Shown one piece after another: positions 49,198 to 59,361 of a DNA stretch of 64,000 nucleotides (within the stretch, counting starts at the first letter, position 1; every line of letters begins with the position of its first letter). Both the position numbers and the translations under genes were made by a program. This DNA comes from Chloroflexota bacterium (GTDB lineage Bacteria; Chloroflexota; UBA11872; VXOZ01): contig OZ219802.1 in assembly GCA_964291655.2 (NCBI GenBank), forward strand, positions 1,248,001 to 1,312,000. The letters are read 5' to 3'. Under the pieces are notes generated by a model. It saw only the letters and a program-made list of their open reading frames with translations. It ran no database searches and was not told where the DNA came from.

Positions 49198-50520
49198 TCA
49201 CGTAATAAGATTCTCTTGCCCTAGCCCAAAGAACTCATTGGCATTGTCGTGCAGCAACCGCGCGCCGACAATTCTGGCTTGATCAATAGAATAGAGCCCC
49301 TCTTCCACCTTCTCGCTCAGCACGCGCGCGACATTCTCCCGCGCCATCACACTGTGGCCGTACGCCAACTCGACAGGTCCATAGTCGCCGCCAAAGCCGA
49401 ATATCTTGTTGTGGGGTATCGTTTCCAGCCATTCGTGCAAGGTGGCCCGCGCCACGTACGGGCTGATGATGTGCACCCAACAGAGATCGACGTAGACGTT
49501 TTGGAAATTCTTGCCGAGCGTAGCCAGCTCGCTTTGGTACGGGTAGCCCGCGTGGAAGATGTCAAAGCGCGCCTGTGGATACTGGATGAAGAGGTTCACC
49601 AGATGCGTCGGGTTACTGTTCGTGATGATGTTGCCATTACCGGCGTGGAGGCCGGTATGGATTTGCATCGGAATGCCATGGTCGATGCAAAGCCGCACCA
49701 CCTGGTGCAGCATATAGTCCTGCAGCGGCTTGCACTCCGTGAACGTCAAGCCGTCTTGGGTCATGCCATCGCCCTGTGGCCTGGTGCCGGCTGCTACCTG
49801 CGCGAAGATCTCCTCAGCGGCAGAACGAGGCACGTTGTCATACTGCAGGATGCGCCGGTAGGCCAGCCCGCTCTTGACCGTCACCATGCCCTCTGCTTTG
49901 GCTTTAACGAAGGCAACGCCCAGGGCAGACACGAGATCGTCCAGATCGTAAATGCTGCGTTCGGTCTGGCGTTCCAGTTCCGCAATGCCGCTGCGGCTGC
50001 TCACGCTTATGAACGAATCAAAGCGCATGGCCGGGGCAAACAGCGTCTTGTCCACCTGCGTCGATTGCACGTCGGGGATTGCCAGCACGATGTTCCCGCG
50101 CTCTTGCAGGATATGCCGGTACCATGCTTCATGCCGCTGCGAGGCGGTCAATTGTTCGTTGACGCTGCGGTAGCCCGCCAGCGACGGCTCAGCCGACATG
50201 AGGTCGTCCACCCCAAAGAGGTCGCGGCAGGCAATGTGCAACGCTTTGGCGTAGCCGGTGGTCTTGGCAAACTGCCAGTAACGCAGGAATACGTCCCAGC
50301 GGTCAGCGGGGTCGCGGCTTTGGTCGTACATCCGCGCCTGCTCGGCCGGGGTCAAACCGGCGGAAACCAGGTCGCTGCCCACGTAGTGGTGCATTTCGGT
50401 AGAGAGGAGATCGAGCGAACGCTGCCGCCGGTCTGCCTCGGAGAACGTATGCTCGTGGGTATCGATGACCGGCTGAGCCGCGATGAACTGTTCGATTTCC
50501 GGTACTGAAGCAATCGCCAT
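49198..50520 (-). CDS. Amidohydrolase-family protein
   Basis: 'IDTHEH', 'QIHTG', 'DIFHAGYP' and 'KIFGFGGD'. Confidence 0.82.
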   Translation of the reverse strand: MAIASVPEIEQFIAAQPVIDTHEHTFSEADRRQRSLDLLSTEMHHYVGSDLVSAGLTPAEQARMYDQSRDPADRWDVFLRYWQFAKTTGYAKALHIACRDLFGVDDLMSAEPSLAGYRSVNEQLTASQRHEAWYRHILQERGNIVLAIPDVQSTQVDKTLFAPAMRFDSFISVSSRSGIAELERQTERSIYDLDDLVSALGVAFVKAKAEGMVTVKSGLAYRRILQYDNVPRSAAEEIFAQVAAGTRPQGDGMTQDGLTFTECKPLQDYMLHQVVRLCIDHGIPMQIHTGLHAGNGNIITNSNPTHLVNLFIQYPQARFDIFHAGYPYQSELATLGKNFQNVYVDLCWVHIISPYVARATLHEWLETIPHNKIFGFGGDYGPVELAYGHSVMARENVARVLSEKVEEGLYSIDQARIVGARLLHDNANEFFGLGQENLIT

Positions 50521-51043
50521 GGACTGGTCTCCTTGCGACTAAGTTCTGCCTTTGTACTCTACTTCTTCACCGTTATGCGTTCAAGCGGAAGTAACAGAAT
50601 GTTGTTGACTCCTGACCTGCCAGCAAGACACGTGGGTGTTTGCATCACCAGTTGTTATACTTTCACGATCATCCGTCATTACCAAGAAAATAGGCGATCA
50701 TACCGTTCGCCCCCGTATCGTGCGATACGCTGTATCGAGTACGGGGCAGGCTCTGAGTACTTCGACAGGCTCAGCACAGGCTTATCGAAGTATGAACGGA
50801 GAGATCGGAGTCACTTTTCATACCCTTGTGTGGCCTTAGCAAGGCCATGGTGATTCCCGCTTTCGCGGGAACCCATCTTTGTCTGCCGTCGAGCTTACCG
50901 GCTGGAATTCGAAATAGCCGTGTCGATTGTGCCGGACTTAATGTACGGAGATCCGTCTTGGTGTAATCTCTTTATGGATAACGCTGCAGGTCTTTGCGCA
51001 GCATTGCTTAGAGCCTACCGGGCAAAAACTGGAGCAATCGATC

Positions 51044-52807
51044 GTGCTGATATGGTCGGAACCGCCTGATTGGGACACCTGTGCCAGGGACGCTGGCATC
51101 GTCATTGACGAGGCGGGCGGGATGCGCCTCGCTACGAGCCATCTCATCACCCACGAGACCGGGGAGTTCTCTACCCAGCACGGCGAGGAACTCTTTCGCA
51201 ATGTCCAAGCCCAAGTCTCTTTCGCACTGGGCGAGACAATTCCCCATGGGGCCGATTGCTATTTCTTCGCCCGTGAAGAGCAGCACAATCGCTGGCCGCT
51301 CAAGGTGACGGTCAACGGTCACGGACAGACTCTTGGTCCCGGCACACCGCTGGCCGGTGAATTTGCCTGGTATCACCTGCGGCTACCGCGGCAACACCTG
51401 CGGCCCGGGCAGAATACCGTCCGCTTTGCCTGCGAAAGCCCCGCTGCCAACGCTTGGATACTCTCCGTTGACACCAGTGTTCCCTGTGCGCACAGCCGCA
51501 AGAGCACGGACGGCGGGCTGACCTGGAACGCCGCGGGGCTCGGCTTGGAAGGCGCATTGTCCGGCGAGTACGTGGTGCGACTGCGGGTGTGGGAGCATCC
51601 GGCGCAGGGGGCGATCACGAGTTCCATACTTGACGTGGAAACGGTGTTTCCGTCCGCACCGCTCGTCCTTCACTGGCACGCCGACACTCCGGCTGGAACG
51701 AGAGTGGCCTTGCGCTACCGCAGCGGAACGCTGCAAGACGTAGAGAATTCAGCTTGGCGCGACGTGGTGAATACCGCTGTGAGTGAAAATGAGCAGATGG
51801 ATTCCCCTCCCGAATCAGATGCGGGGCAGGCATCGCACAAGAGTGAAGAATTCGGGCAAGCCGAGTTTCCGAATCCCGTCGGCCCATGCGTGCAATGGCA
51901 AGCAGAGTTGCATTCCAGCGACGGGAGCGAGTCGCCAGTCCTGCGGGGCATGGCGCTTCTTCCCAAAGACGCCAGTTCTGACGAGACCAAACCCGTGGGC
52001 GAGCTGTCTTGTGCTGAGAGCAAAACCATATCTTCTTACACTTTCACCCACCAAGATCCGGCGGAGCCGAAGTTAGGTGTCCTCCGCAATCAGGAGAGAC
52101 TTGACGAGATCATCGCCGGAGCGGGGACGCAGTGGGAGCAGATGCTGGCGCTGCGGGCTTGGGTAGCGGTGCAGTGGGTGCACCGGGCGCCGCATGAGTT
52201 CCGGCGCTGCTGTCCCTGGGATGCCCTGTCGATATTGGATTGGATGCGCGCCGACCGTGGCCACGGCCAGCCCCAACCCGACGCCTACTGCACACACTAC
52301 GCGGTGGTTTTGGCACAGTGCGCTCTGGCACTGGGCTGGCGGGCGCGGCTCTGGGTGATGTCCGCTGAGCCGACACTCCACGACAACGGGCATTTTGTGG
52401 CGGAGATCTGGAGCACAGAGCATGCTAAGTGGGTGATGCACGACGCCGATACCGATTCGCACGTCGAGCGCGGCGGCGTCCCGCTTAGCGTGCTAGAAAT
52501 ACATGATGCCTGGCGGGTGGGCGCTCTCGATAAGTTGGACGTCGTTGCCGGTGTGAACGCCGGCAAGGTCAAAATCGGCCCCGACTGGATCGAGGAAATG
52601 CTGCCCCGCGGCCTTTACCGCTTCTGCGGTCTCGTGCTGCGCAACAATCACCTCTCAACCCTCATCCCGGGGCCGGTGGAGCACGGCTGGACCACGTACA
52701 AGTGGGATGGCTTCCTCTGGTGGCGGGACGGACCGGAACCGGAACTGCTGTTCTTCTCGCTGTCCTCCAACCGGCGGGCAGACTTCTCTGGGGAGCCGGA
52801 AGGGTAG
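51044..52807 (+). CDS. Protein with a C-terminal transglutaminase-like domain
   Basis: Cys-His-Asp triad 'YCTHYA', 'GHFVAEIWS' and 'WVMHDAD'; start uncertain. Confidence 0.65.
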   Translation: MLIWSEPPDWDTCARDAGIVIDEAGGMRLATSHLITHETGEFSTQHGEELFRNVQAQVSFALGETIPHGADCYFFAREEQHNRWPLKVTVNGHGQTLGPGTPLAGEFAWYHLRLPRQHLRPGQNTVRFACESPAANAWILSVDTSVPCAHSRKSTDGGLTWNAAGLGLEGALSGEYVVRLRVWEHPAQGAITSSILDVETVFPSAPLVLHWHADTPAGTRVALRYRSGTLQDVENSAWRDVVNTAVSENEQMDSPPESDAGQASHKSEEFGQAEFPNPVGPCVQWQAELHSSDGSESPVLRGMALLPKDASSDETKPVGELSCAESKTISSYTFTHQDPAEPKLGVLRNQERLDEIIAGAGTQWEQMLALRAWVAVQWVHRAPHEFRRCCPWDALSILDWMRADRGHGQPQPDAYCTHYAVVLAQCALALGWRARLWVMSAEPTLHDNGHFVAEIWSTEHAKWVMHDADTDSHVERGGVPLSVLEIHDAWRVGALDKLDVVAGVNAGKVKIGPDWIEEMLPRGLYRFCGLVLRNNHLSTLIPGPVEHGWTTYKWDGFLWWRDGPEPELLFFSLSSNRRADFSGEPEG

Positions 52808-52933
52808 CGTTAATTCCGCGCTACGCCTGCCCCGCAGAAGTTTCGGCGGTGGCGTCCAGACATCAGGCCAATTGGGCACGCGCGCGTGAACATGCCGGCG
52901 GGAGACGCAGGCTGCAAACCTGCGCTACCGGAG

Positions 52934-53232
52934 GAGAACTTTGCATAACCCCACTTTCAAGCAGGGGCACTCCCTCTCCTGGGGGAGAGGGGTCTTTTTG
53001 CTACGATGGCCCTTTACGCTGGGCAGTGTCAAGCCGTATCAGGGCAGAATTGGTGTGCATATGTAGAGATTTCAGGAGATCCACCCTCACCCCCGTATCG
53101 AGTACGGGGCAGGCTCTAGCCCTCTCCCGTCGAGGGAGAGGGGACATCCGCGCTGTGGCGAGGGTTTATGCAAAGGTCTCCGTCGAGGGAGAGGGAACTA
53201 TATTGCTACCGCTTGAGTTGCGCAAGGGTCTC
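52934..53232. mobile_element. MITE family B long variant
   Basis: GAGAACTTTGCATAAC...GTTGCGCAAGGGTCTC flanked by a CGGAG direct repeat. Confidence 0.65.
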
Positions 53233-53326
53233 CGGAGGGAGAGCCTTTACCCGTCAGATTCCTCAACAACGTTGGCAGGTGGCATTAACTCGCAGAACGA
53301 CATGAGAAGGTCTCTGCTGCCTTGGT

Positions 53327-54529
53327 TTACGCCTCGTGCCACAAGGGGGCAATCTTGGCCTGGTACTCTTCTTCAATGAGTGCCGCGTAATCCGGCCAGA
53401 CATCCATGAGCGCGTCGAGCCGAGCGTCGTTCATGTCGTCGTGGGGCGTAATCGCGTCAAAGAGGTTTGCGACGATTTGCGCCGCAGCAGCGTCCAGCAC
53501 GCTACCGAGCTTTGCAACAATAGGACCATCACCCGCGCCGTCGTCATCCAGCAAAGCTTTGAAGAACTGCGTGCTCAGCGCCTCGATCTCCTCACCCAAG
53601 TGCATGCGCAGCCATTCACCGTCAAAGAGGTCGGGAGAGGCGTGGCGGAAGAAGACGGCAATGCCGAAGCGCCCGCGGATTCCGGCGAGCGCCTGCAGCG
53701 CATACCGCAACCGCTGCTCACGAGCCGCCTGAGCGGGATCTTGTAGGGGCAACTGCTTACAATACTTGGCAACCATGTCGCGCAACTCGTAGACCACTTC
53801 CAAGAGCTCGTCTGCCATGGCGGCACACTCGTCGCCGGTCATCTCTACACGGTACTCGGCGTCGACTATTGCATTCAGCCTATCAAGCAGCGGTCGGGAA
53901 CCAATTACCTCAGGGAGAACCGGCAATGCCGCCGGTTTGGTTGGGACCCACGCATCACGCAGCAGGCTGCACGCCAGCTTGGCAGCCGGCAAGAACCAGT
54001 GCGACAGCGCGCCGTAAACCGGGTAGTAGGGCAGGTATTCCGGCAGCAAGTTGATGGGCGGATCGAACTGCTCTTCACGCGGGACCAGATAGATCTTGTA
54101 CTTGCCACACGCTTCATGTTGCTGCGCCTGTGTAAGTTGCGGCTCTTGCGCTGCCAGCACGTCATCTAGCTCATTCGCCGCACCACCGATCCGCTGCCAG
54201 TCGCGCACCTCACCCATCAAGGGCAGGAGTTGCTGTGCCTCAGCCGGCGAGCAAATGAATCCCGGGGGATGCTCAAGAATGCGGGCGTAGTGGGGTGCTT
54301 CTTCCAGTAGCTCCACGTACGATTCGCCACCGGCACGACTGAGCGCCAGCCAGGACTCGGCATCGGGCGCAGCCGCAACGGTTCGGAGATCATGATCGCT
54401 GAAACCTGGGGTGAGCGTGCCTAGGTGATGCTTGCAGTAGACAGCGGCGTCGAGACCCGGCACGTGCTCTGCAATGTAGCGGCCAAGTTCCGTGCCGATG
54501 TATCGGTAATCGTCGAGCGTTAGCTTCAT
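53327..54529 (-). CDS. Hypothetical protein, possible Pol-beta-type nucleotidyltransferase fold
   Basis: N-terminal 'PGFSDHDLR' resembles GxSDxD. Confidence 0.5.
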   Translation of the reverse strand: MKLTLDDYRYIGTELGRYIAEHVPGLDAAVYCKHHLGTLTPGFSDHDLRTVAAAPDAESWLALSRAGGESYVELLEEAPHYARILEHPPGFICSPAEAQQLLPLMGEVRDWQRIGGAANELDDVLAAQEPQLTQAQQHEACGKYKIYLVPREEQFDPPINLLPEYLPYYPVYGALSHWFLPAAKLACSLLRDAWVPTKPAALPVLPEVIGSRPLLDRLNAIVDAEYRVEMTGDECAAMADELLEVVYELRDMVAKYCKQLPLQDPAQAAREQRLRYALQALAGIRGRFGIAVFFRHASPDLFDGEWLRMHLGEEIEALSTQFFKALLDDDGAGDGPIVAKLGSVLDAAAAQIVANLFDAITPHDDMNDARLDALMDVWPDYAALIEEEYQAKIAPLWHEA

Positions 54530-54783
54530 GCGGTAGAGACCTCATCGCATCACGAGTACATCGCGTGGTTGGCATTATTGGATCGTCATTCCCGCGCACG
54601 CGGGAATCCATCTTTGTCTAGTTTCCAGTGCCGAATCCCTACTCGATACCGTTCTCGCTCTTGTTCGCGGCGCCCCGGAACTCCGGATTCCGCCTGAATG
54701 ACAGCCTTGCGCCAATCCCATCACTGGAAATGGGCCGACATGAGCCACGAATCAGCAGCAGCCGAATGCTGCATACCCTAGAC

Positions 54784-55824
54784 TCAAGACGCTGCCGCCG
54801 CGGGGGTCTTTGAAAACGTGAACGCCTCAAACTCGTTCTCGCAAGGATAGCCGAAGCTCACCAACAAGCTGCGTTCCCGCGCGATCATGATATAGCCCAT
54901 GATGCTCTGGGCCAGCGCGTCGTGCCGGCAGATACTGGCGGGCTCGGTGTGGGTGCGGGCAATCCGCATGAGCTGCTCCAGCGAGTGGGGCAGCTCTGCC
55001 GTCAGCCGCGCGAGCACGGTGAAGCGATCGCGGCTGTTCTGGGCGGCCGCACCGCCGTCGTTCTTGAGCACGGGCTGCATTTCGTCGGTCAAGAAGTGGT
55101 TCGTATTCCAGATGGTGTGGCCTTCCATGCGCCGCACTGCGACACGCGTGGACGACCGTTCCACTACGATGGCCGCGCCAGTCGGATCGGTCAGCATGAG
55201 GTTTATTCCGTGGTTCATGATGGGCGTGCGCGCCACCAAGTCCGCGGCCGATTCTACGTTATTGGCATACTGCAAGAGGTAGCGCAGGAACGTATTCGCG
55301 GGAATGCCGTGCTCCCAGTCGCTGTCGTTATTAGGAATGCTGCTGCCGCCGTAGGTGAGGCCCGCCTCGTTCACGCCCGCGTTCAGCCACGTGGTGCCGG
55401 CGTAGTTCACGCCAACAGAAGCAAGCCCCTTGTCCGGGTGAGTCTCCTGTAAAACGTGGAACTGCTTCATGTCGGCGTCCACGTCGTTGGACTTGAAATG
55501 GATGGTGCCCTGGGGTGTATCGGCCAACGCCACGTTCGTGCACTCCACGCGGGAGCGCCCGATCTCCTGGCAGGCGTTATAGGCGAGGAGATCGTCGTAG
55601 TTCACGTTGGCGGCGTCCGCTATGGCGTGAAGTTCCTCTAAGGACTCAGGGAAGACTCTGTCCAGGTTGCGCTCAACCTGCCGCAGCACCCGCCTGCCGT
55701 GGGCATTGTTCCAACCGCGATCCAGCGCGAACCGTTTCACCGCCACGGGAATGATATCCACAAACGCCGCGCCATGCTGAAGTCCCATTTCGTGGGGGGT
55801 GCCTGACTGAACCACTTGCCGCAT
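54784..55824 (-). CDS. C45-family Ntn hydrolase/acyltransferase
   Basis: 'GTPHEMGLQHG', 'ECTNV' autoprocessing Cys, 'GVNEAGL' and 'TNHF'. Confidence 0.82.
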   Translation of the reverse strand: MRQVVQSGTPHEMGLQHGAAFVDIIPVAVKRFALDRGWNNAHGRRVLRQVERNLDRVFPESLEELHAIADAANVNYDDLLAYNACQEIGRSRVECTNVALADTPQGTIHFKSNDVDADMKQFHVLQETHPDKGLASVGVNYAGTTWLNAGVNEAGLTYGGSSIPNNDSDWEHGIPANTFLRYLLQYANNVESAADLVARTPIMNHGINLMLTDPTGAAIVVERSSTRVAVRRMEGHTIWNTNHFLTDEMQPVLKNDGGAAAQNSRDRFTVLARLTAELPHSLEQLMRIARTHTEPASICRHDALAQSIMGYIMIARERSLLVSFGYPCENEFEAFTFSKTPAAAAS

Positions 55825-55901
55825 GGGAATATCCTCCTGTCTGCAATAGTCCTGTGTCGCCTACAACACGTAGCTTTCGCCAATCGCCGGAGCCGATCCG
55901 G

Positions 55902-56786
55902 CTAATTGCGTATCCCTTCCACCGCCGCGTACACGCTGCCGATAGTACCGCCGATAACCTCGTAACCCTCTTCCGCGGCAATCGTGTTGATTTCATCCAC
56001 GATGGCATCGAGCGCCAACCGTTTTTCGCCGGTGGTGTCGCCGTAGAAGTGCGTATTGTGGGTGAAGGGCATGATGATCTTGGGCAATCTGTCGTCATAC
56101 TCTGCCATGTCGGCCCAGGCTTGGCGAATGGTCTGCCGGTGGGACTCGCCGTCGGCGCCCTCAATGCGGAGTTCCATGGGCAGATGCGGCGCGCGCCGCC
56201 GTACCTGGTCGCAGGTCAGCGGTATTTCATAAAAGTCGAGGTCGCCGGGAAAGAGGCGGTTTGCCTTGTGCGCGTAATGCGCATAGGGCACGGCGCCCTG
56301 CCACACGGCCTTGGCTTGGTCGTACTGGCGGCCTGGCGATGACACGCTACCGTGGGTGAATCCCGTGGCGACAAGCGCGGGGTACGTATTGTCGTTGGCG
56401 GAAAAGTTGCCGCCCCGGAACGTTGTCGGCCGCTTGCCGATGGCGTCCGCCCACTGGTCGGCTACCGTATCGAACATAGTCACTTGTTCCTCAAACGTGT
56501 GACCGCCGAGATAGTCCGTGTACCCGAGGCCGGTATCCTGCGGATGGATGTGGAGGCCGAGTTCGAAGCCGCGCTTTTCCAGGTCCCAGTAAAGCGCGGG
56601 CTGCGCTGCCGCCGTTTGCGCCACGATGAAAAACGTCGCGCTCAGGCCGTATTCTTCCAAGGTGTCAGCTAGCCCCGCGACTGACCGCTCGCTGACGCCC
56701 CACTCCTCCGGCCCGCCGTGGAGGGAGTCGTCCATGAGCTGCTCGCAGTCCTGCGTGAAGGTAACATAGAGCGGTTTACCGGCCAT
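55902..56786 (-). CDS. Polysaccharide deacetylase-family protein
   Basis: 'TFTQDCE', 'ATFFI', 'ELGLHIH' and 'FRGGNFS'. Confidence 0.75.
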   Translation of the reverse strand: MAGKPLYVTFTQDCEQLMDDSLHGGPEEWGVSERSVAGLADTLEEYGLSATFFIVAQTAAAQPALYWDLEKRGFELGLHIHPQDTGLGYTDYLGGHTFEEQVTMFDTVADQWADAIGKRPTTFRGGNFSANDNTYPALVATGFTHGSVSSPGRQYDQAKAVWQGAVPYAHYAHKANRLFPGDLDFYEIPLTCDQVRRRAPHLPMELRIEGADGESHRQTIRQAWADMAEYDDRLPKIIMPFTHNTHFYGDTTGEKRLALDAIVDEINTIAAEEGYEVIGGTIGSVYAAVEGIRN

Positions 56787-57077
56787 GAATCTCGATCCTT
56801 TGCATCTCTAGCTCATTCTTCTCTCGCACAGACTAGAATTCGGAATCTAGCGCTAGAAGTCTTGCCAGCACGTCATTTGCATTGTCTTCCATTTGGCTAA
56901 ATCCAGTCGGACGAGCAAGCGTTCGGTGACGTCCATTTGCGGCAAGAGCCGGAATCCATCTTCTCTGCATTCCAAGATTCCGGTTTGCGCCGAACTCCTT
57001 CTTCGCAGCACACCTGGACTCCGGCTTTCGCCGGAGTGACAGATTCACCTTCAGTCTCTTCCCCAACTTCCTGCAGT

Positions 57078-57446
57078 GGCGGGACACAGGGCCCCGCGCT
57101 ACATTCCCCGGGCCGCGCCTCCGGTTCCCTCTCCTGGGGGAGAGGGTTAGAGCCTGCCCCGTACTTGATACGGGGGTGAGAGGAACGCCCATATCCTAGT
57201 TTGCTGACTTGCCAGCGCTACCCCACACCCCTGCCTTGCTTCCCATTTCGCCCTCTAAGCCGGCGGGGCACAAGGCCCCGCGCTACATTCCCCAGGCTGC
57301 GCCTCCGGTTCCCTCTCCTGGGGGAGAGGGTTAGGGTGAGGGGAACTCCAATGTTCTGGAACGCTGAGACCCGAGTCCTCAGATCTTGCTTCCCAGCTTC
57401 CTCTTTGCGCCCTATAAGGCGGCGGGGCACAAGGCCCCGCGCTACT
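57078..57446. repeat. Duplicated REP composite (GTAG-type plus CCCTCTCC/GGGAGAGGG)
   Basis: 57078-57187 and 57262-57346 are near-identical except for a 24-bp insertion at 57151-57174. Confidence 0.75.
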
Positions 57447-57511
57447 AAGTCCGGCCCGTCGCTGGGGCCTCATCCGAACGGCCCCGGCATGCCGAAGTCG
57501 CTGACCGATAG

Positions 57512-58624
57512 CTAACAGCACTTCTCCTCCTGCGCCATGCGGTCCACGTCCACCATCACGTCGGTGAGCAAGTCCACGTCCACCTCGTACCACAGGCCGA
57601 AGGTGCTCTTGCCGCCCGGCCCCAGGATTTCTTCCGCAATCTCGCGCACCAGGCTGCGGTTCGCATTCTGCACGCCGAAATCGGCAAACGTCGAGGGCAG
57701 GTTGACCGACTGGTTGAAGCGGATCAGCTTACGCACCTCGGCTTCGCCCTGCTGCATCAGCGCCACCGCGACCAGAACGCCAAATGCCACCTCTTCGCCG
57801 TGCACCCTCTCAATGGTGGCGTGTTTCGATTTGCCGGGATGCACACCGTGCTCTCCGCCAACCCCGCCGCACGCCGGTCCAGCCACACCGCCGCCGTAGA
57901 CAATCGCTTCTACGACCTTATCAACTGCTTCTGTGGCCACGCCGCGCTCGCACGCGTGGTACGCCGATGCGCCGTGCTCGAGAATCGTGTCGTAGGTCCA
58001 TTCGGCAATGGCGACGGCCGCGCCGGTGGGAAAGACATTATCGAAGCCGAGAATGCGTTCAGTACCGCTGCGCAGGCGCAGCTCGCGCCCGATGCGGCCG
58101 CCCGTCCACGTGGGCAACGCATCGGCCATACCGGCTGCCAGCCAGCGGCCGCCGCCTTGGGCGATGATGCGGGTGTCGGCAATCACGGTATGCGGCCCGA
58201 CGTACCACACGTTGCGGTCGGCGTCGCCTTCGATACTAGCGCTAAACGTGGCTGTCGCGTTGGTGGAAGCGACGGTCGGCACACTGATAAGCCACGCGCC
58301 CATCTCGTGGGCGATGGCCTTAGCTGCGTCCACTACACGCCCGCCGCCGGCAGCAATAACGACGTCTGCCCCGAGCTCCTTGCCCTTTGACACGAGGGCA
58401 TCCACTTCCGGGCGCTTCTTGTCGACGTGGCTGCCGTGCTCGATGTGGTACGAGATACCATGTTCGTCGAGCGCGCCGGTAACGGTATCTTTGATTGCCG
58501 CCATGGCCCGGCCGCCGCCAACGATCAGCGCTTTGCTTCCCAGCGCCGCCGCATGCGCGCCAACATCGCTAACAATTCCCGGCCCTACCACAAATCGCAG
58601 CGGGTGAACGATCGCTTTCTTCAT
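57512..58624 (-). CDS. Glycerol dehydrogenase-like (Fe/Zn-ADH family) enzyme
   Basis: 'GGGRVVDAAKA', 'VPTVAST', 'AGMADA' and 'HGEEVAFG'; likely start MKKAIV. Confidence 0.8.
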   Translation of the reverse strand: MKKAIVHPLRFVVGPGIVSDVGAHAAALGSKALIVGGGRAMAAIKDTVTGALDEHGISYHIEHGSHVDKKRPEVDALVSKGKELGADVVIAAGGGRVVDAAKAIAHEMGAWLISVPTVASTNATATFSASIEGDADRNVWYVGPHTVIADTRIIAQGGGRWLAAGMADALPTWTGGRIGRELRLRSGTERILGFDNVFPTGAAVAIAEWTYDTILEHGASAYHACERGVATEAVDKVVEAIVYGGGVAGPACGGVGGEHGVHPGKSKHATIERVHGEEVAFGVLVAVALMQQGEAEVRKLIRFNQSVNLPSTFADFGVQNANRSLVREIAEEILGPGGKSTFGLWYEVDVDLLTDVMVDVDRMAQEEKCC

Positions 58625-58753
58625 GCCAGCTAATTCCCCTAGTCGATTAAGATTCAACCTATTCTCATCTCTGCTTCCACATCTGCAACAGGATCTTGGT
58701 AACAATACTCCGTAGCGAGACTGCGCTAGATCTCCTGATTCAACCTGGAAGCC

Positions 58754-59158
58754 TCAATTCTCTTCGCCTTCCTCCTCGTCCCAATGATATGACGCATCGT
58801 CCTCAAGTTCGTCCACGGCTGCCCAGTCTTCCCATTGTTCACCGGAACCATGCACTTCTTGCAGTTCCGCTCCTATCTCGGCCTCATCCTCTTCCCAACC
58901 CCATTCATGTGGAGATGCGTCTTGCCAGGCAGCAAACGCTACTGCGCCTGCAATCTCATCTTCATATTCGTCCCAATCATTCTCTCCACCGTCCTCATCG
59001 GCAACCTCGTTTGCCCCGGCGTCTTCAAGAGCTCCTTGCTCTGCATTGGGAGTGCTCTTGTCCTGTATCTCGCCATTAAGTGAACCAGGACAGTATTCTT
59101 GTGCATCTCCTTTAGCAAGAGGTACAAACGAGATTTTACCGAGAATCCTTCGCAGCAT
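58754..59158 (-). CDS. Hypothetical highly acidic protein
   Basis: 134 aa, D/E/W-rich; no recognisable motif. Confidence 0.35.
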   Translation of the reverse strand: MLRRILGKISFVPLAKGDAQEYCPGSLNGEIQDKSTPNAEQGALEDAGANEVADEDGGENDWDEYEDEIAGAVAFAAWQDASPHEWGWEEDEAEIGAELQEVHGSGEQWEDWAAVDELEDDASYHWDEEEGEEN

Positions 59159-59361
59159 GTAGCTTTAACCAGGCGTGCCAGGCGAGCCTGCCGCAATGCC
59201 GACTTTGCCAGCCATCAAGTTCAATCTTGAATGCACCCTACACCGGAGGGACATAGCCACAGAGGCACTCAACGCCAGCAGCCCCACCCAGCACACAATA
59301 GCTGAGATAGTCTGCCTTTAGACCATCTTCAGCCTTGATTGGCAAACAGCGACTCTAGGTC